A stretch of DNA of 64,000 bases from an uncultured Ruminococcus sp. Lineage in GTDB: Bacteria > Bacillota > Clostridia > Oscillospirales > CAG-272. The position numbers and the translations under genes are program-made. How positions within the stretch are numbered: the first letter of the stretch is position 1; each line of letters begins with the position of its first letter. Location of the stretch: positions 16,897 to 80,896 of the forward strand of contig CAZPYK010000001.1 of assembly GCA_964590755.1 (NCBI GenBank), given 5' to 3'. Under the pieces are notes generated by a model. The model saw nothing but the letters and a program-made list of their open reading frames with translations, was not told where the DNA came from and searched no databases. This document shows, piece after piece, positions 26,101-35,989 of this stretch.

Positions 26101-28540
26101 TTCTCAACTTTGCATAACTGCCCATCAGTTTTTTGGTTCCGACGCGATCAAACATCACCTCGTAAAGCTTGTCGGCCCCCATCTGCTTCACCGAAAGGAC
26201 CTCGCCCTCTCCGAAGACCGGGTGTATCACACGCTCACCGGGAGCGATATCCGCAGCCGGTGAACGTGAAGTAATTGTCGGACGATCTATCGTTATCCTG
26301 TCCGAGGACATTGACGATATCTTCGGTCCGGAGCCCCGGCTGCGCAAAGCACTCGAAGTGTAGATCACATTTCCGTCCTCATCGAATGACGCTCTGAAAG
26401 GCACCTTGTCGGCGCTTGCGACCGATCGCTTATACTCGTCAGCCTCATCGATATATTCTGCCGGTATATCGTCGATAAAACGCGACGGTGCGTTAAATTG
26501 AGTTCTTCCGTACATCGTGCGCATTTTTGCCCTCAATAAAAACAGCTCTTTTTTTGCGCGTGTTATGGCGACATAAGCCAAGCGCCGTTCCTCTTCAAGC
26601 TCTTCTGGCTCCATTATTGCTTGCGAAGACGGAAATATCCCCTCCTCCATTCCGGGTATCAATACGATGGGAAATTCCAATCCCTTTGCGGAATGCACGG
26701 TCATCAAAACTACCGCATCGGCACTCTCGTCAAATCTGTCAACATCGGCTACCAGCGCGTTTTCTTCCAAAAATCCCGTAAGCGTGGGCTCGTCGACGGA
26801 TTTCATGTACTCCATAACACCTGATATAAATTCATTCACGTTGTCAACACGGTCCGCTTCGGCTTCTCCTGCGTCTGTCAGCATCTTCATATAACCGGTC
26901 TTATCCAGCACTTGACGCACAAATGCATCCAACGGACAGCCGTCATTCAGTATTCCGGTCAGTTCGTTTATCGTTGCCGCAAAGCTCTCAAGAGTTGATG
27001 ACGAGCGCAGGAGTGCCGTATATGATGAAGCGTGCGACATGACCTCAAACAGCGTCTGCCCGGTTTCGAGCGCGATATTTTCAACTGCTTCAAGCGTTTT
27101 GACACCAAGCTTGCGCCGAGGCTCGTTGATGATACGAAGCAATCGCTCGCGGTCGGCATGATTGTTTATAAGCTGCAAGTATGCAACGGTATCGCGTATT
27201 TCCTTGCGGTCCGCGAACCTCAACCCGCCGTAAATGCGATACGGTATCCCGCTTTTGGCAAGTGTGCGTTCAATGCTGCTCGCTTGGGCGTTTACACGAT
27301 ACAGCACTGCAAAATCACGATATGTATACTTATCCGTCGCAACATGGCGAAGTATCACATCCGCTATCATGCGAGATTCCGCATTTTGATCATCTGTTAT
27401 ATTATACGAAATAAGAGCACCGGCATCATTTGATGTCCAAAGAGTCTTACCTCTGCGAGACTCGTTTTTTTCGATGACAGCGTTGGCTGCATTGAGAATA
27501 TTTGACGTGGAACGATAATTTTGCTCAAGCTTTACGACCTTTGCGTCCGGATAGTGTCTGTCAAAACTCAGGATGTTTTCGATAGTCGCGCCACGAAAAC
27601 GATAAATACTTTGATCGTCATCGCCCACGACCATTATATTGCGCCATTTCGAAGCAAGCAAAGAACACAGCTCGAATTGTGCGTAATTGGTATCTTGATA
27701 TTCATCTACACAAACATATTTAAATTTGTTGGCGTAGTATTCTCTAACATCGTCATTTTCGCGCAACAGTCTGACGGTCTGCATAATAATGTCATCAAAA
27801 TCCATTGCGTTGGAGGACTTGAGAGTGCTTTGATATGCCTCGTATACCTTTGCGTATTCACGTTCGCGATAACCGTTCCCGACCGTCAAAAGATAATCTT
27901 GTGGGCCGATCAGTTTTTCTTTGGCTCGACTTATAGCCGCAATAACGGATTTTATCGGAAACTGCTTATCATCTACATTGACGCTTTTCATAGCCGCCGA
28001 AACAGCTTTTTTTTGATCGTCGGTATCGTATATTGTAAGCTGAGAGGTATAGCCCAAACGATCGGCGTATTTGCGTATCATGCGCATGCAGACGGAATGG
28101 AATGTACCGCTCCATATATCATTGGCTATCTCCGCATCGTCAAACATCGACGTCAAACGAGCTTTGATCTCATTTGCTGCCTTGTTGGTAAATGTAATAG
28201 CCAAAACACTCCACGGTGGGGTTGGCTCAACGGCAAATTCATCCAGTATCGGCATGATATCTTCACCGGAAAGTTCAAGTGCCGATTCAAGATCCGAAAC
28301 ATAAGCCGATGTAAGATCACGCGGAATATATTGCGAATAATACGCATTCCCGTATCTGATCATCTGTGCTATTCGTCTGACAAGCACAGTAGTTTTACCG
28401 CTCCCTGCACCGGCTATCACCAACAGAGGACCGTTGATCGAAAAGACCGCCTCTTGCTGACGATCGTTGAGATTGTCAAACGCCTTTTCAAACAATTTTC
28501 TTTTTGAGGACAGATATCTGCCTCCAAGCTCTGATATCAT
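26093..28540 (-). CDS. pcrA: ATP-dependent DNA helicase PcrA/UvrD (SF1)
   Basis: 815 aa. Motif I AGAGSGKTT, motif II VDEYQDTN, and the remaining SF1 motifs are recognisable. Confidence 0.9.
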   Translation of the reverse strand: MISELGGRYLSSKRKLFEKAFDNLNDRQQEAVFSINGPLLVIAGAGSGKTTVLVRRIAQMIRYGNAYYSQYIPRDLTSAYVSDLESALELSGEDIMPILDEFAVEPTPPWSVLAITFTNKAANEIKARLTSMFDDAEIANDIWSGTFHSVCMRMIRKYADRLGYTSQLTIYDTDDQKKAVSAAMKSVNVDDKQFPIKSVIAAISRAKEKLIGPQDYLLTVGNGYREREYAKVYEAYQSTLKSSNAMDFDDIIMQTVRLLRENDDVREYYANKFKYVCVDEYQDTNYAQFELCSLLASKWRNIMVVGDDDQSIYRFRGATIENILSFDRHYPDAKVVKLEQNYRSTSNILNAANAVIEKNESRRGKTLWTSNDAGALISYNITDDQNAESRMIADVILRHVATDKYTYRDFAVLYRVNAQASSIERTLAKSGIPYRIYGGLRFADRKEIRDTVAYLQLINNHADRERLLRIINEPRRKLGVKTLEAVENIALETGQTLFEVMSHASSYTALLRSSSTLESFAATINELTGILNDGCPLDAFVRQVLDKTGYMKMLTDAGEAEADRVDNVNEFISGVMEYMKSVDEPTLTGFLEENALVADVDRFDESADAVVLMTVHSAKGLEFPIVLIPGMEEGIFPSSQAIMEPEELEEERRLAYVAITRAKKELFLLRAKMRTMYGRTQFNAPSRFIDDIPAEYIDEADEYKRSVASADKVPFRASFDEDGNVIYTSSALRSRGSGPKISSMSSDRITIDRPTITSRSPAADIAPGERVIHPVFGEGEVLSVKQMGADKLYEVMFDRVGTKKLMGSYAKLRKK

Positions 28541-28563
28541 ATGTACGTTCCTTTCGAATCACC

Positions 28564-28594
28564 GGGGCTTGCGCCGCTATGCGGCGCAAGCCCC
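28564..28594 (-). repeat. Perfect 14-bp GC-rich hairpin upstream of the pcrA SD (possible variant of the leader module)
   Basis: Sense strand: GGGGCTTGCGCCGCATAGCGGCGCAAGCCCC, then GGTGATTCGAAAGGAACGTACATATG. The core CGCCGCATAGCGGCG resembles the module stem. Confidence 0.5.
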
Positions 28595-28601
28595 GAAAAA
28601 G

Positions 28602-28754
28602 TCAATCGCAGCTTTTGTTGTTCTGTTTCTTATTTTGAGCCTTGCTCTGCTCTTTCTGCTGACGGGCATTCTGCTCTTGAATACGATCGCTTTCCCGCTC
28701 GTTTGTTTGGTTTGTGTTTTGATTTTGATTCTGATTCTTGTTTTGATTTTCCAT
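28602..28754 (-). CDS. Small Asn/Gln/Lys-rich hypothetical protein (50 aa)
   Basis: MENQNKNQNQNQNTNQTNERESD..., encoded partly by imperfect hexanucleotide repeats. The SD AAAGG is weak and the sequence is low complexity, so coding status is uncertain. Confidence 0.35.
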   Translation of the reverse strand: MENQNKNQNQNQNTNQTNERESDRIQEQNARQQKEQSKAQNKKQNNKSCD

Positions 28755-28883
28755 TTTTCGGCCTTTCGCTTTTTTGCAAGCATTTTTAATGTAACGCAAA
28801 ACAGCTTGCTTATTTGCCAACCGAGAAAAAGCTCTCTGCTGACACAAGTATTATTTACCGTGAAAGGCCGATATATTCAAGCT

Positions 28884-30296
28884 TTAATCAAGCATGTACC
28901 TGCTTTCGATCTCGTCGCTGATCTCCGCCTCTGTCTTCATCACAACAATGAAGTTTATTGCGCAAAGCATTGCGTTTATAATCCACCACACTGTCGAAAG
29001 AGTCCGCATAAACTCGGATAATACTCCGAGCCGATCGTAGATCGAAGAATTCAACGTTACTATAACATCTCCTATACATGCTCCGACGGCACAAATGACC
29101 GCAAGAACCAACACGGCAGTGCACCATCCGTTCAAATAGCGACGTATTTCGCCGAGCTTTGCATCTCGATATTCCTCGGATGAATTGCGTGATATATACC
29201 CCGCATGTTCGGTAATTATATATCTCAAGGCTCTTACCGAGAGTGCAGTGACCGCCACGAAAACAGCGGATGCTATTATGACAAATGCAAATCTAATGAC
29301 AAATGCATTTTTTTCCGCCTCGCTCTGCCATACCATTGCATTGAAATATTTTGCGTTGAAGGAGTATTCAAGTCCTTCGCTTACGGCTGCACAGACAAGA
29401 TATATCAACGAAGCAAAAAAGCCCGTGCGCCATTTCGGATATGTCTTTTTGAGCGAAGCAAAAAAAAGTATAAATGCAATCGCCGGCAAAACATCCGGAA
29501 TGACATTGTTGTAGTCGATCATAAAATCGATCTCAAGCAAGAACGCAACGGCAAGAAAGACGAACGCAACCTTGATGCGCTGCTTGGTAAAACGAATGTC
29601 ATCTTCCGATATTTCCTCGGAATATTTCCTTTTCAATGCGGAAATAAATTCACCGTCAACACAGATCGTGTGCAAATATCGCTCTATTGTCAGCAGCCAA
29701 AGCATTCCGACTACAAGCCCCAACATAAAACCAAGCTTTCTGAACAGACCTATATATTCATACCAGTTAAAGATCGCGTCGTCATATCCGCCGTCGGTAA
29801 GCGCAGAGAATTCCGGAAGCACCGCAAGCATCGGTTTGATGAATATCCAAGCAATGGTGAACGTTTTGGCCCATCCATTTACCGTAGAACCGCCATGGCG
29901 GATCTTATATACAGCCATCGCTCCGGTTCTTTCGGACAGATAAAGCATACCGTCGAAAAAAGCGGTCCACGCCGGAACGGTGAACAAAAGCTCTACAACA
30001 GCAAAAGAAAACGAAACCAAAAGTATCATCATTGGACGCTCGCTTTGATTTGACATTCCAAAGACCGGAAACAGCGCAATAAAGCGCGCTCCGGAGACGA
30101 CCGCCGCCAATGCGAACTTCGATACCGCCGCCTCAAGTTTGGGACAAATATACGACAACGGCAACAGTGCCGAAACGATCATTATATAGGCTATAAAATC
30201 GGGCAATAAATCCAAAATGGCAATATTGGGATCGAAAAGGAACACCGAAGCCACCGCAAGCGCTCCGAAGCCGATATACTTTCCCTTCAGTCTCAT
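28884..30296 (-). CDS. Hypothetical polytopic membrane protein (470 aa) with an apparent internal duplication
   Basis: More than 10 hydrophobic segments. FDPNIAILDLLPDFIAYIMIVSAL recurs as IDYNNVIPDVLPAIAFILFFASL. ATG 30296 lies 6 nt after GGAG of module copy F. Confidence 0.65.
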   Translation of the reverse strand: MRLKGKYIGFGALAVASVFLFDPNIAILDLLPDFIAYIMIVSALLPLSYICPKLEAAVSKFALAAVVSGARFIALFPVFGMSNQSERPMMILLVSFSFAVVELLFTVPAWTAFFDGMLYLSERTGAMAVYKIRHGGSTVNGWAKTFTIAWIFIKPMLAVLPEFSALTDGGYDDAIFNWYEYIGLFRKLGFMLGLVVGMLWLLTIERYLHTICVDGEFISALKRKYSEEISEDDIRFTKQRIKVAFVFLAVAFLLEIDFMIDYNNVIPDVLPAIAFILFFASLKKTYPKWRTGFFASLIYLVCAAVSEGLEYSFNAKYFNAMVWQSEAEKNAFVIRFAFVIIASAVFVAVTALSVRALRYIITEHAGYISRNSSEEYRDAKLGEIRRYLNGWCTAVLVLAVICAVGACIGDVIVTLNSSIYDRLGVLSEFMRTLSTVWWIINAMLCAINFIVVMKTEAEISDEIESRYMLD

Positions 30297-30327
30297 AACA
30301 GTCTCCATCCGCCGCCATACCGCGGCA
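30297..30327 (-). repeat. SD-abutting GC hairpin leader module, copy F
   Basis: Sense strand: TGCCGCGGTATGGCGGCGGATGGAGACTGTTATG. Confidence 0.75.
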
Positions 30328-30383
30328 ACATTTTTGGGGGATACGCTATCTCAGAAGCACAAATTACGCGCACGGCCGGCATC

Positions 30384-31070
30384 TCATCTTCTGCTTTTTT
30401 TGTTCTCGCGGCGACGACGTTGCTTAGCTTCAAGCTCTGCACGAGTGGTCTCGATCGCGCGCGCTTCCTTCTCGTCAAGCTTTTCGAAGAATCGATCGAC
30501 AAATCCGATCCCGGTCTTGCGGCGCGACATGTTTTCCGCCCCCTCGGGACAAATATTCTTATAACAGCCGAAGATCACCGATGAGGTCATAACCACCAGC
30601 ACCAACAACATGATGTAATAAAATCCGGGATATATAAGGTGCGCCTTGCCAAGTGCGTATGTAGCCGCCCAAAGCACCGATATGAACATAGCGGTAAGCG
30701 CGGACGTGCGCTGCTTGACAAGCTCGACCTGCGCAGCTGCACAACTGAGTTCCCAAAGAAGCATAAAGTGCAAGGCAAGAGCCGCGGCAAGCCACGACCA
30801 GCCCTCAACAGTAAGCGCAAGCTCGGGTATTTCCGTGCCATTCGAAAATCGCGGAATCAGTTCGAACAATCCCTCCGCAACCCCCGTCAACATGAATACG
30901 CCCGATAAGATCTCGGGATACAGGAATCCGCGAAAATACTCACGTATCTTTTTACACGCAAGTATCATTACCACACATCCTATGATACGAATCGCCCACC
31001 CGTACAATGTCATAGATAGAAAAAACGTAATGATATATCCGATTAACAAAAGCCCGAGTCCCATACTCAA
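30384..31070 (-). CDS. Hypothetical membrane protein (228 aa) with a basic coiled C-terminal tail
   Basis: Six hydrophobic segments followed by ...EKLDEKEARAIETTRAELEAKQRRRRENKKSRR. I recognise no family. Confidence 0.55.
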   Translation of the reverse strand: MSMGLGLLLIGYIITFFLSMTLYGWAIRIIGCVVMILACKKIREYFRGFLYPEILSGVFMLTGVAEGLFELIPRFSNGTEIPELALTVEGWSWLAAALALHFMLLWELSCAAAQVELVKQRTSALTAMFISVLWAATYALGKAHLIYPGFYYIMLLVLVVMTSSVIFGCYKNICPEGAENMSRRKTGIGFVDRFFEKLDEKEARAIETTRAELEAKQRRRRENKKSRR

Positions 31071-31125
31071 GGTCCGCCTTTCACGAGAAGCCGTTCATCC
31101 GTATACGCAGATTTGTAAGCATCTC

Positions 31126-33897
31126 TTAAGTGTTAGTGTCGTTAAGCTTTGCACCGCAACACTTCTTGTATTTTTTTCCACTCCCGCATGGACAAAGCGC
31201 ATTTCGATCGATCTTTTCTCCACCTTGTGCGGAAACTTCTCTCTGCTGTTTTTGTGATTTCTCCACACTGCGGCCCATCCTCAAATTTTTGACCATTTCG
31301 GGTGTAATGACGATGACTTCGGGGATTCTCTCCGTCAACAGTTCGCGAACTGTTTTATCTCTTATTTCGGTAATAAGATCGCCGAACATATTTGAGCCCA
31401 GCAGCTTATATTCGGTCAACGGATCCTTATGCGCATATGACTGAAGCCTCACATTTTGTTTGAGGTTTTCCATATCATCTATGTGATCGAGCCACAACTC
31501 ATCAATATTGTGGAGTAATGTATTTCTTTCAAAGCGATGGAAGCGATCTTCCCCGACTTCATCCTCTCGCGCGGTGTACAGCTTTTGAGCGTTTGCACTC
31601 AATACCTCGGCGATCTCGTCGGCGGTAATATTCGCGAGCTCATCCGCGGAGTACTTCAGATCATCCTCGCCGCATGCCCAGCCGAGATATTTTCTGCGAA
31701 GCAATTCGATATCCCATTCTCGCTTCTCGGCGGATGCTGTTGCCGCAGACACCGACTCGGAAATGGTTGACGCTATCATTTCTTTGAGTTTGGAGGAGAG
31801 ATCCGACTCATGAATTATTTCATCTCTCTGCTCGTAGATAGCTTTGCGCTGTTCGTTGAGGATATCATCGTATTCGAGAACACTCTTTCTTATCTTAAAG
31901 TTTCGATTCTCAATACGCTTTTGTGCGCTTTCGATCACATTTGAAAAGAGACTTATGTTTTGCGACATATCCCCACTGTCATCGGTAAGCTTAGCGGCGA
32001 AGGCGGAAAGCTTTTGCAACTTAGCGGGATCGGCGAAAAGCCGCATCAGGTCATCCTGCAGCGAAATAAAGAATGTCGACTCCCCGGGGTCCCCCTGGCG
32101 TCCCGAACGTCCGCGCAACTGGTTGTCTATGCGTCGGCTTTCGTGGCGCTCGGAACCGATTATATAAAGTCCGCCGGCGTTTATCACCTTTTCACGATTC
32201 GGAATGATCTCGGTCTTATATTTTTCATAATATATCCTAAAGGTGTTGCGAGCATTTTTTACATCTTGATTTTCGGTCGGTGCAGTACCTGTGGAAAGCG
32301 CTATAAGCTCGGGTCTGAGCCCCATGCGTGCCATTTCCTGTTTTGCCATATGCTCCGGATTGCCGCCCAGCATTATATCGGTACCGCGCCCCGCCATATT
32401 GGTCGCGATCGTTACGGTTCCCGCGCGCCCCGCCTCTGCGATTATTTCAGCCTCTCGTTCATGATTTTTCGCGTTCAAAACATTATGGGGTATTCCCTTT
32501 GCTTTGAGCATGCGCGAAAGGATCTCGGATTTTTCAACCGATGCGGTACCGACCAGAACCGGTTGCTGCTTTGATCGACATTCCTCAACCAAAGCGATCA
32601 CAGCACGGAATTTCGAATTTTCATCGGTAAAAATACGATCCGGGTGATCCTCTCTTATCATCGGTTTGTTTGTTGGTACCTCAACAACATCCAAACCGTA
32701 TATCTCGCGGAATTCCTCTTCCTCGGTCAGCGCCGTGCCGGTCATTCCCGAAAGCTTGTGATACATACGGAAATAATTCTGTATCGTAACCGTCGCGGTC
32801 ACCTTCATCTCCGATCTGACATTGACCTTTTCTTTGGCCTCCAGTGCTTGATGCAGACCATCCTGATAACGTCTTCCGGGCATAAGTCTCCCCGTAAACG
32901 GATCAACGATGATGATCTCGCCGTCTTTGACCACATAGTCAACATCTCTTTTTTTCACACCATGAGCATGTATTGATTGGTTGACATTGTGAGCTATTCC
33001 GGCATTTTCGGGATCATTAAGATTATCGATGCCGAAAAACTCCTCAATCTTTTTTGCTCCGCGCGGAGTGAGCACCGCACTGCTGTGTTTTTCATCAACG
33101 ATATAATCGAAATTTTCATCATCCGTCTCGAGCTTTGTGTCAATTTCTTTGATGACTTTTTTCGAAAGCCTTCTTACTGCGGCATCGCATTTTTCGTAGA
33201 TATCTGTTGATTTACCGCTCATGCCCGAAATTATGAGCGGCGTGCGTGCTTCATCGATCAAGATGGAATCAACCTCGTCGATTATCGCAAAATAATGTCC
33301 GCGCTGCATTTGAGCGTCCAGAGTGGTCTGAAGATTATCGCGAAGATAATCAAAGCCGAATTCATTATTCGTGCCGTATGTGATATCTGCGGCATAATTG
33401 CGCTTTTTTTCCGCCGGAGACATCTCCTTGGTAATGACGCCCGTCCTAAGGCCCAAATATTCAAATATGCGCCCCATCTCTCCCGCATCGCGCACGGCAA
33501 GATAATCATTGACGGTAACTATGTGAACACCCTTTCCCGTGAGTGCATTTAGATATGCCGGCATAGTTGCGACCAGTGTCTTCCCCTCGCCGGTTTTCAT
33601 TTCGGCTATTCTGCCTTGATGAAGCAAAATACCTCCGAGCACCTGTACACGGAACGGGCGCTTGCCGAGGATGCGATCCGCAACTTCGCGCACCGCAGCA
33701 AAGGCATGAGGAAGTATATCATCAAGTGTTTCGCCGGCGTCGAGGCGCGTCTTCAGAGACGCCGTGACCGAGCGGAGCTCATCCTCGCTCATTTTTTTAT
33801 ATTTCTCTTCAAGAGCATCTACCGCATCTGCGGTACTCTTGATCTTTTTTAACTGCCTTTTGCTGTAATCTCCGAATAAAAGAGTTTCGATCTTCAT
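31126..33897 (-). CDS. secA: Preprotein translocase ATPase SecA
   Basis: Walker A MKTGEGKTL, DEAD-like IIDEVDSILIDEA, and C-terminal zinc motif CPCGSGKKYKKCCG. The start at MKIETLLFG matches SecA N-termini, and the ORF-track extension to 34005 is T-rich promoter DNA. Confidence 0.9.
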   Translation of the reverse strand: MKIETLLFGDYSKRQLKKIKSTADAVDALEEKYKKMSEDELRSVTASLKTRLDAGETLDDILPHAFAAVREVADRILGKRPFRVQVLGGILLHQGRIAEMKTGEGKTLVATMPAYLNALTGKGVHIVTVNDYLAVRDAGEMGRIFEYLGLRTGVITKEMSPAEKKRNYAADITYGTNNEFGFDYLRDNLQTTLDAQMQRGHYFAIIDEVDSILIDEARTPLIISGMSGKSTDIYEKCDAAVRRLSKKVIKEIDTKLETDDENFDYIVDEKHSSAVLTPRGAKKIEEFFGIDNLNDPENAGIAHNVNQSIHAHGVKKRDVDYVVKDGEIIIVDPFTGRLMPGRRYQDGLHQALEAKEKVNVRSEMKVTATVTIQNYFRMYHKLSGMTGTALTEEEEFREIYGLDVVEVPTNKPMIREDHPDRIFTDENSKFRAVIALVEECRSKQQPVLVGTASVEKSEILSRMLKAKGIPHNVLNAKNHEREAEIIAEAGRAGTVTIATNMAGRGTDIMLGGNPEHMAKQEMARMGLRPELIALSTGTAPTENQDVKNARNTFRIYYEKYKTEIIPNREKVINAGGLYIIGSERHESRRIDNQLRGRSGRQGDPGESTFFISLQDDLMRLFADPAKLQKLSAFAAKLTDDSGDMSQNISLFSNVIESAQKRIENRNFKIRKSVLEYDDILNEQRKAIYEQRDEIIHESDLSSKLKEMIASTISESVSAATASAEKREWDIELLRRKYLGWACGEDDLKYSADELANITADEIAEVLSANAQKLYTAREDEVGEDRFHRFERNTLLHNIDELWLDHIDDMENLKQNVRLQSYAHKDPLTEYKLLGSNMFGDLITEIRDKTVRELLTERIPEVIVITPEMVKNLRMGRSVEKSQKQQREVSAQGGEKIDRNALCPCGSGKKYKKCCGAKLNDTNT

Positions 33898-34037
33898 GTT
33901 TTGTAGCCACGGTCGCCGCTTTGCGACGTTTCCTTTCCAACGAAGCTTGTTTTTTCGATTGTTAGATATTATTATACAACATATAAAGAAAAAAAAACAG
34001 TACAAAATGTGAATTTTACAAAGCTATTATCAAATAC

Positions 34038-34066
34038 TTGAAAAAAATATGCATTTGTTGTATAAT
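34038..34066 (+). promoter_or_regulatory. Consensus sigma-A promoter of mnmA
   Basis: TTGAAA, 17 nt, TATAAT. It predicts a leader of about 115 nt. Confidence 0.7.
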
Positions 34067-34184
34067 ATTTTTTGTGAATGCCCCGGAACGCCATTGCTCG
34101 AACGCGACATGTTCGACGACCGTGCGTTTCGTTTTTATTGACGCATAGCTTGAAGAAGACCTTGAGAAAGGAATACCGTAAATC

Positions 34185-35237
34185 ATGAAAAAAGTTCTGC
34201 TCGGGATGAGCGGCGGCGTAGACAGCACAATATCCGCCTTGATCTTGAAAAACGCCGGGTACGACGTTACCGGAATAACATTTATAATGACAGATGCCAT
34301 GGCATTGACATGCGGGAGCGGCTCTGCCGCGTCACAAGCCGCAACTGCGGCGGCAGAGATCGGCATACCGCACATTATTTCGGATGTGAGAAATGCTTTC
34401 GAAGAAAATGTGATAGACCGTTTCCTCGAAGAATATATGAACGGCCGGACCCCCAATCCCTGTGTCGTATGTAACAAGACCATAAAATTTCCGTACATGC
34501 TGAAATATGCCGATGAACACGGCTTTGACTTTATCGCCACCGGGCATTACGCTTCGATTACAGAAGACTCCGCAGGCTTTCATTTAATGACGGCATGCGA
34601 CAATCTCAAAGACCAAACATATTTTCTGTACACGCTGACACAGGATATTCTTTCGCGAACGATCTTTCCTCTTTCCGGCATGACCAAGGGAGACGTCAGA
34701 AAGCTTGCCGAGGATCATGGTGTCTCTGCCGCCCAAAAAAAGGATAGCCAGGATATATGCTTTATTCCGGACGGCGACTACAAAATGTTTGCGGCCGCAC
34801 GCATCAAATCTCTGCCGCCTGAGGGCGAATTTATCAACGCCGAAGGAAAAGCTATCGGCAAGCATTGCGGAATACTCAACTATACGATAGGCCAGCGCAA
34901 AGGACTGGGAATCTCGCTGGGTAAACCGATGTTTGTCGGTGCAATAAATCCAACAACCAATCAAATCACGCTTTGCGAAAAAAATGCACTCTATAAAAGT
35001 TCCGTAATCATAAAAAAAGCCACCTTTGTATCGGGTCGCGCGCCGACGGAAGCCTTCAATGCGGACGTTAAGACGAGATATACCACAAAACGCTCATCCG
35101 CCACGGTAATTCCGATTGAAGAACATGACGGAGAATTCAAGCTTGTTTTCGAATCTCCGGAACGCGCCCCAACGCCGGGGCAATCCGCGGTATTCTATAT
35201 AGGCAACGAGTTGATCGGCGGCGGAATCATTTCTTGA
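34185..35237 (+). CDS. mnmA: tRNA 2-thiouridine(34) synthase
   Basis: PP-loop GMSGGVDS, catalytic Cys region NPCVVCN, and ATGHYA motif. Confidence 0.9.
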   Translation: MKKVLLGMSGGVDSTISALILKNAGYDVTGITFIMTDAMALTCGSGSAASQAATAAAEIGIPHIISDVRNAFEENVIDRFLEEYMNGRTPNPCVVCNKTIKFPYMLKYADEHGFDFIATGHYASITEDSAGFHLMTACDNLKDQTYFLYTLTQDILSRTIFPLSGMTKGDVRKLAEDHGVSAAQKKDSQDICFIPDGDYKMFAAARIKSLPPEGEFINAEGKAIGKHCGILNYTIGQRKGLGISLGKPMFVGAINPTTNQITLCEKNALYKSSVIIKKATFVSGRAPTEAFNADVKTRYTTKRSSATVIPIEEHDGEFKLVFESPERAPTPGQSAVFYIGNELIGGGIIS

Positions 35238-35248
35238 TATATATGCAC

Positions 35249-35282
35249 TTACCGGCTACCGCGCATTCGCGGCAGCCGGTAA
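35249..35282. terminator. GC-rich hairpin between convergent genes (likely terminator)
   Basis: 13-bp stem ACCGGCTACCGCG/CGCGGCAGCCGGT with one mismatch. U-tracts are weak on both sides. Confidence 0.45.
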
Positions 35283-35314
35283 ATGTTAAGTGTTATTTTT
35301 ATTCGCTATCCGAA

Positions 35315-35812
35315 TTATTTTGCAACATACTGCTCGGTCGTGACGAGCTTATAAACTATCTTGTCTCCGTCATTTACGACATAGGTCGTCGAAGTTCCCT
35401 TATCGGGCGTAACACCGTTTACCGTCCAGACAAAGTGAGTGTTGGCATATGTCGAACCGGCTTCATCACTTGAAACGACCTTGCTCGATGTAGCAAGCTT
35501 TTCATCGTTAAATGTGATGGTATCGACCGATCCGTCGGTGAGAGCGGTGAATGTACCGCCTCTTTCGGTTATAAGAGCAACAAGAGCATCATTGACGGTG
35601 ATATCCTTGCCTTCTTCTTTTGTCATCTCAAGAGCCGTGCTCGCCATGAATACCGTTTCGGTACCGTCGCTTTCGGTCGTGTAAAGCTCAACGGAAACCG
35701 TTATCTTCGCATTATCGTTACCGCTGTTATTGTCGCAAGCAACAAACATAGTCGCAACACTGACAAGCATAAGTGCGGCAAGCACCAAGGAGACAATCTT
35801 TTTCGTTTTCAT
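35315..35812 (-). CDS. DUF4430-like (transcobalamin-like fold) lipoprotein
   Basis: Signal peptide with lipobox FVAC and the C-terminal pattern ...WTVNGV...V.DGDKIVYKL typical of DUF4430. Confidence 0.6.
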   Translation of the reverse strand: MKTKKIVSLVLAALMLVSVATMFVACDNNSGNDNAKITVSVELYTTESDGTETVFMASTALEMTKEEGKDITVNDALVALITERGGTFTALTDGSVDTITFNDEKLATSSKVVSSDEAGSTYANTHFVWTVNGVTPDKGTSTTYVVNDGDKIVYKLVTTEQYVAK

Positions 35813-35912
35813 TTTTAATTACCATACCTTTCTTTCGCCGACATTGTCAAGGTGCATCGCGCCACATGTTCGTTAAACCAATTATGTCGCGACGCTTATC
35901 GGACTATAAAAG

Positions 35913-35941
35913 ATTATACAATGCCGAAGTACTTTTGTCAA
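35913..35941 (-). promoter_or_regulatory. Consensus sigma-A promoter of the DUF4430 lipoprotein gene
   Basis: On the minus strand: TTGACA, 17 nt, TATAAT. Confidence 0.7.
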
Positions 35942-35989
35942 TACTCTTTAGTATATTTTTTAAATTAATCTAAGAAAAAATACTTAAGA

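Noticed and set aside
27521-28507. 328-aa plus-strand ORF opposite pcrA
   Set aside because: It is antisense to an unmistakable SF1 helicase, and has no motifs and no SD.
28640-28760. Short tandem repeats considered as a CRISPR-like or minisatellite array
   Set aside because: The repeat unit is only 6 nt, imperfect, and has no spacers. It is a coding or low-complexity microsatellite, not a CRISPR array.
33898-33965. The secA leader hairpin GTCGC-AAAGCG-GCGAC considered as another copy of the dispersed module
   Set aside because: The stem is only 5 bp, there is no GGCGGCGGAATGGAG block, and the SD-like GGAAAGGAAA lies 31 nt from the ATG. The resemblance is limited to the GTCGC box.
35213-35232. 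CGGCGGCGGAATCATT at the 3' end of mnmA considered as a module copy
   Set aside because: It lies inside coding sequence (IGGGIIS), has no complementary 5' arm, and has no downstream start codon.
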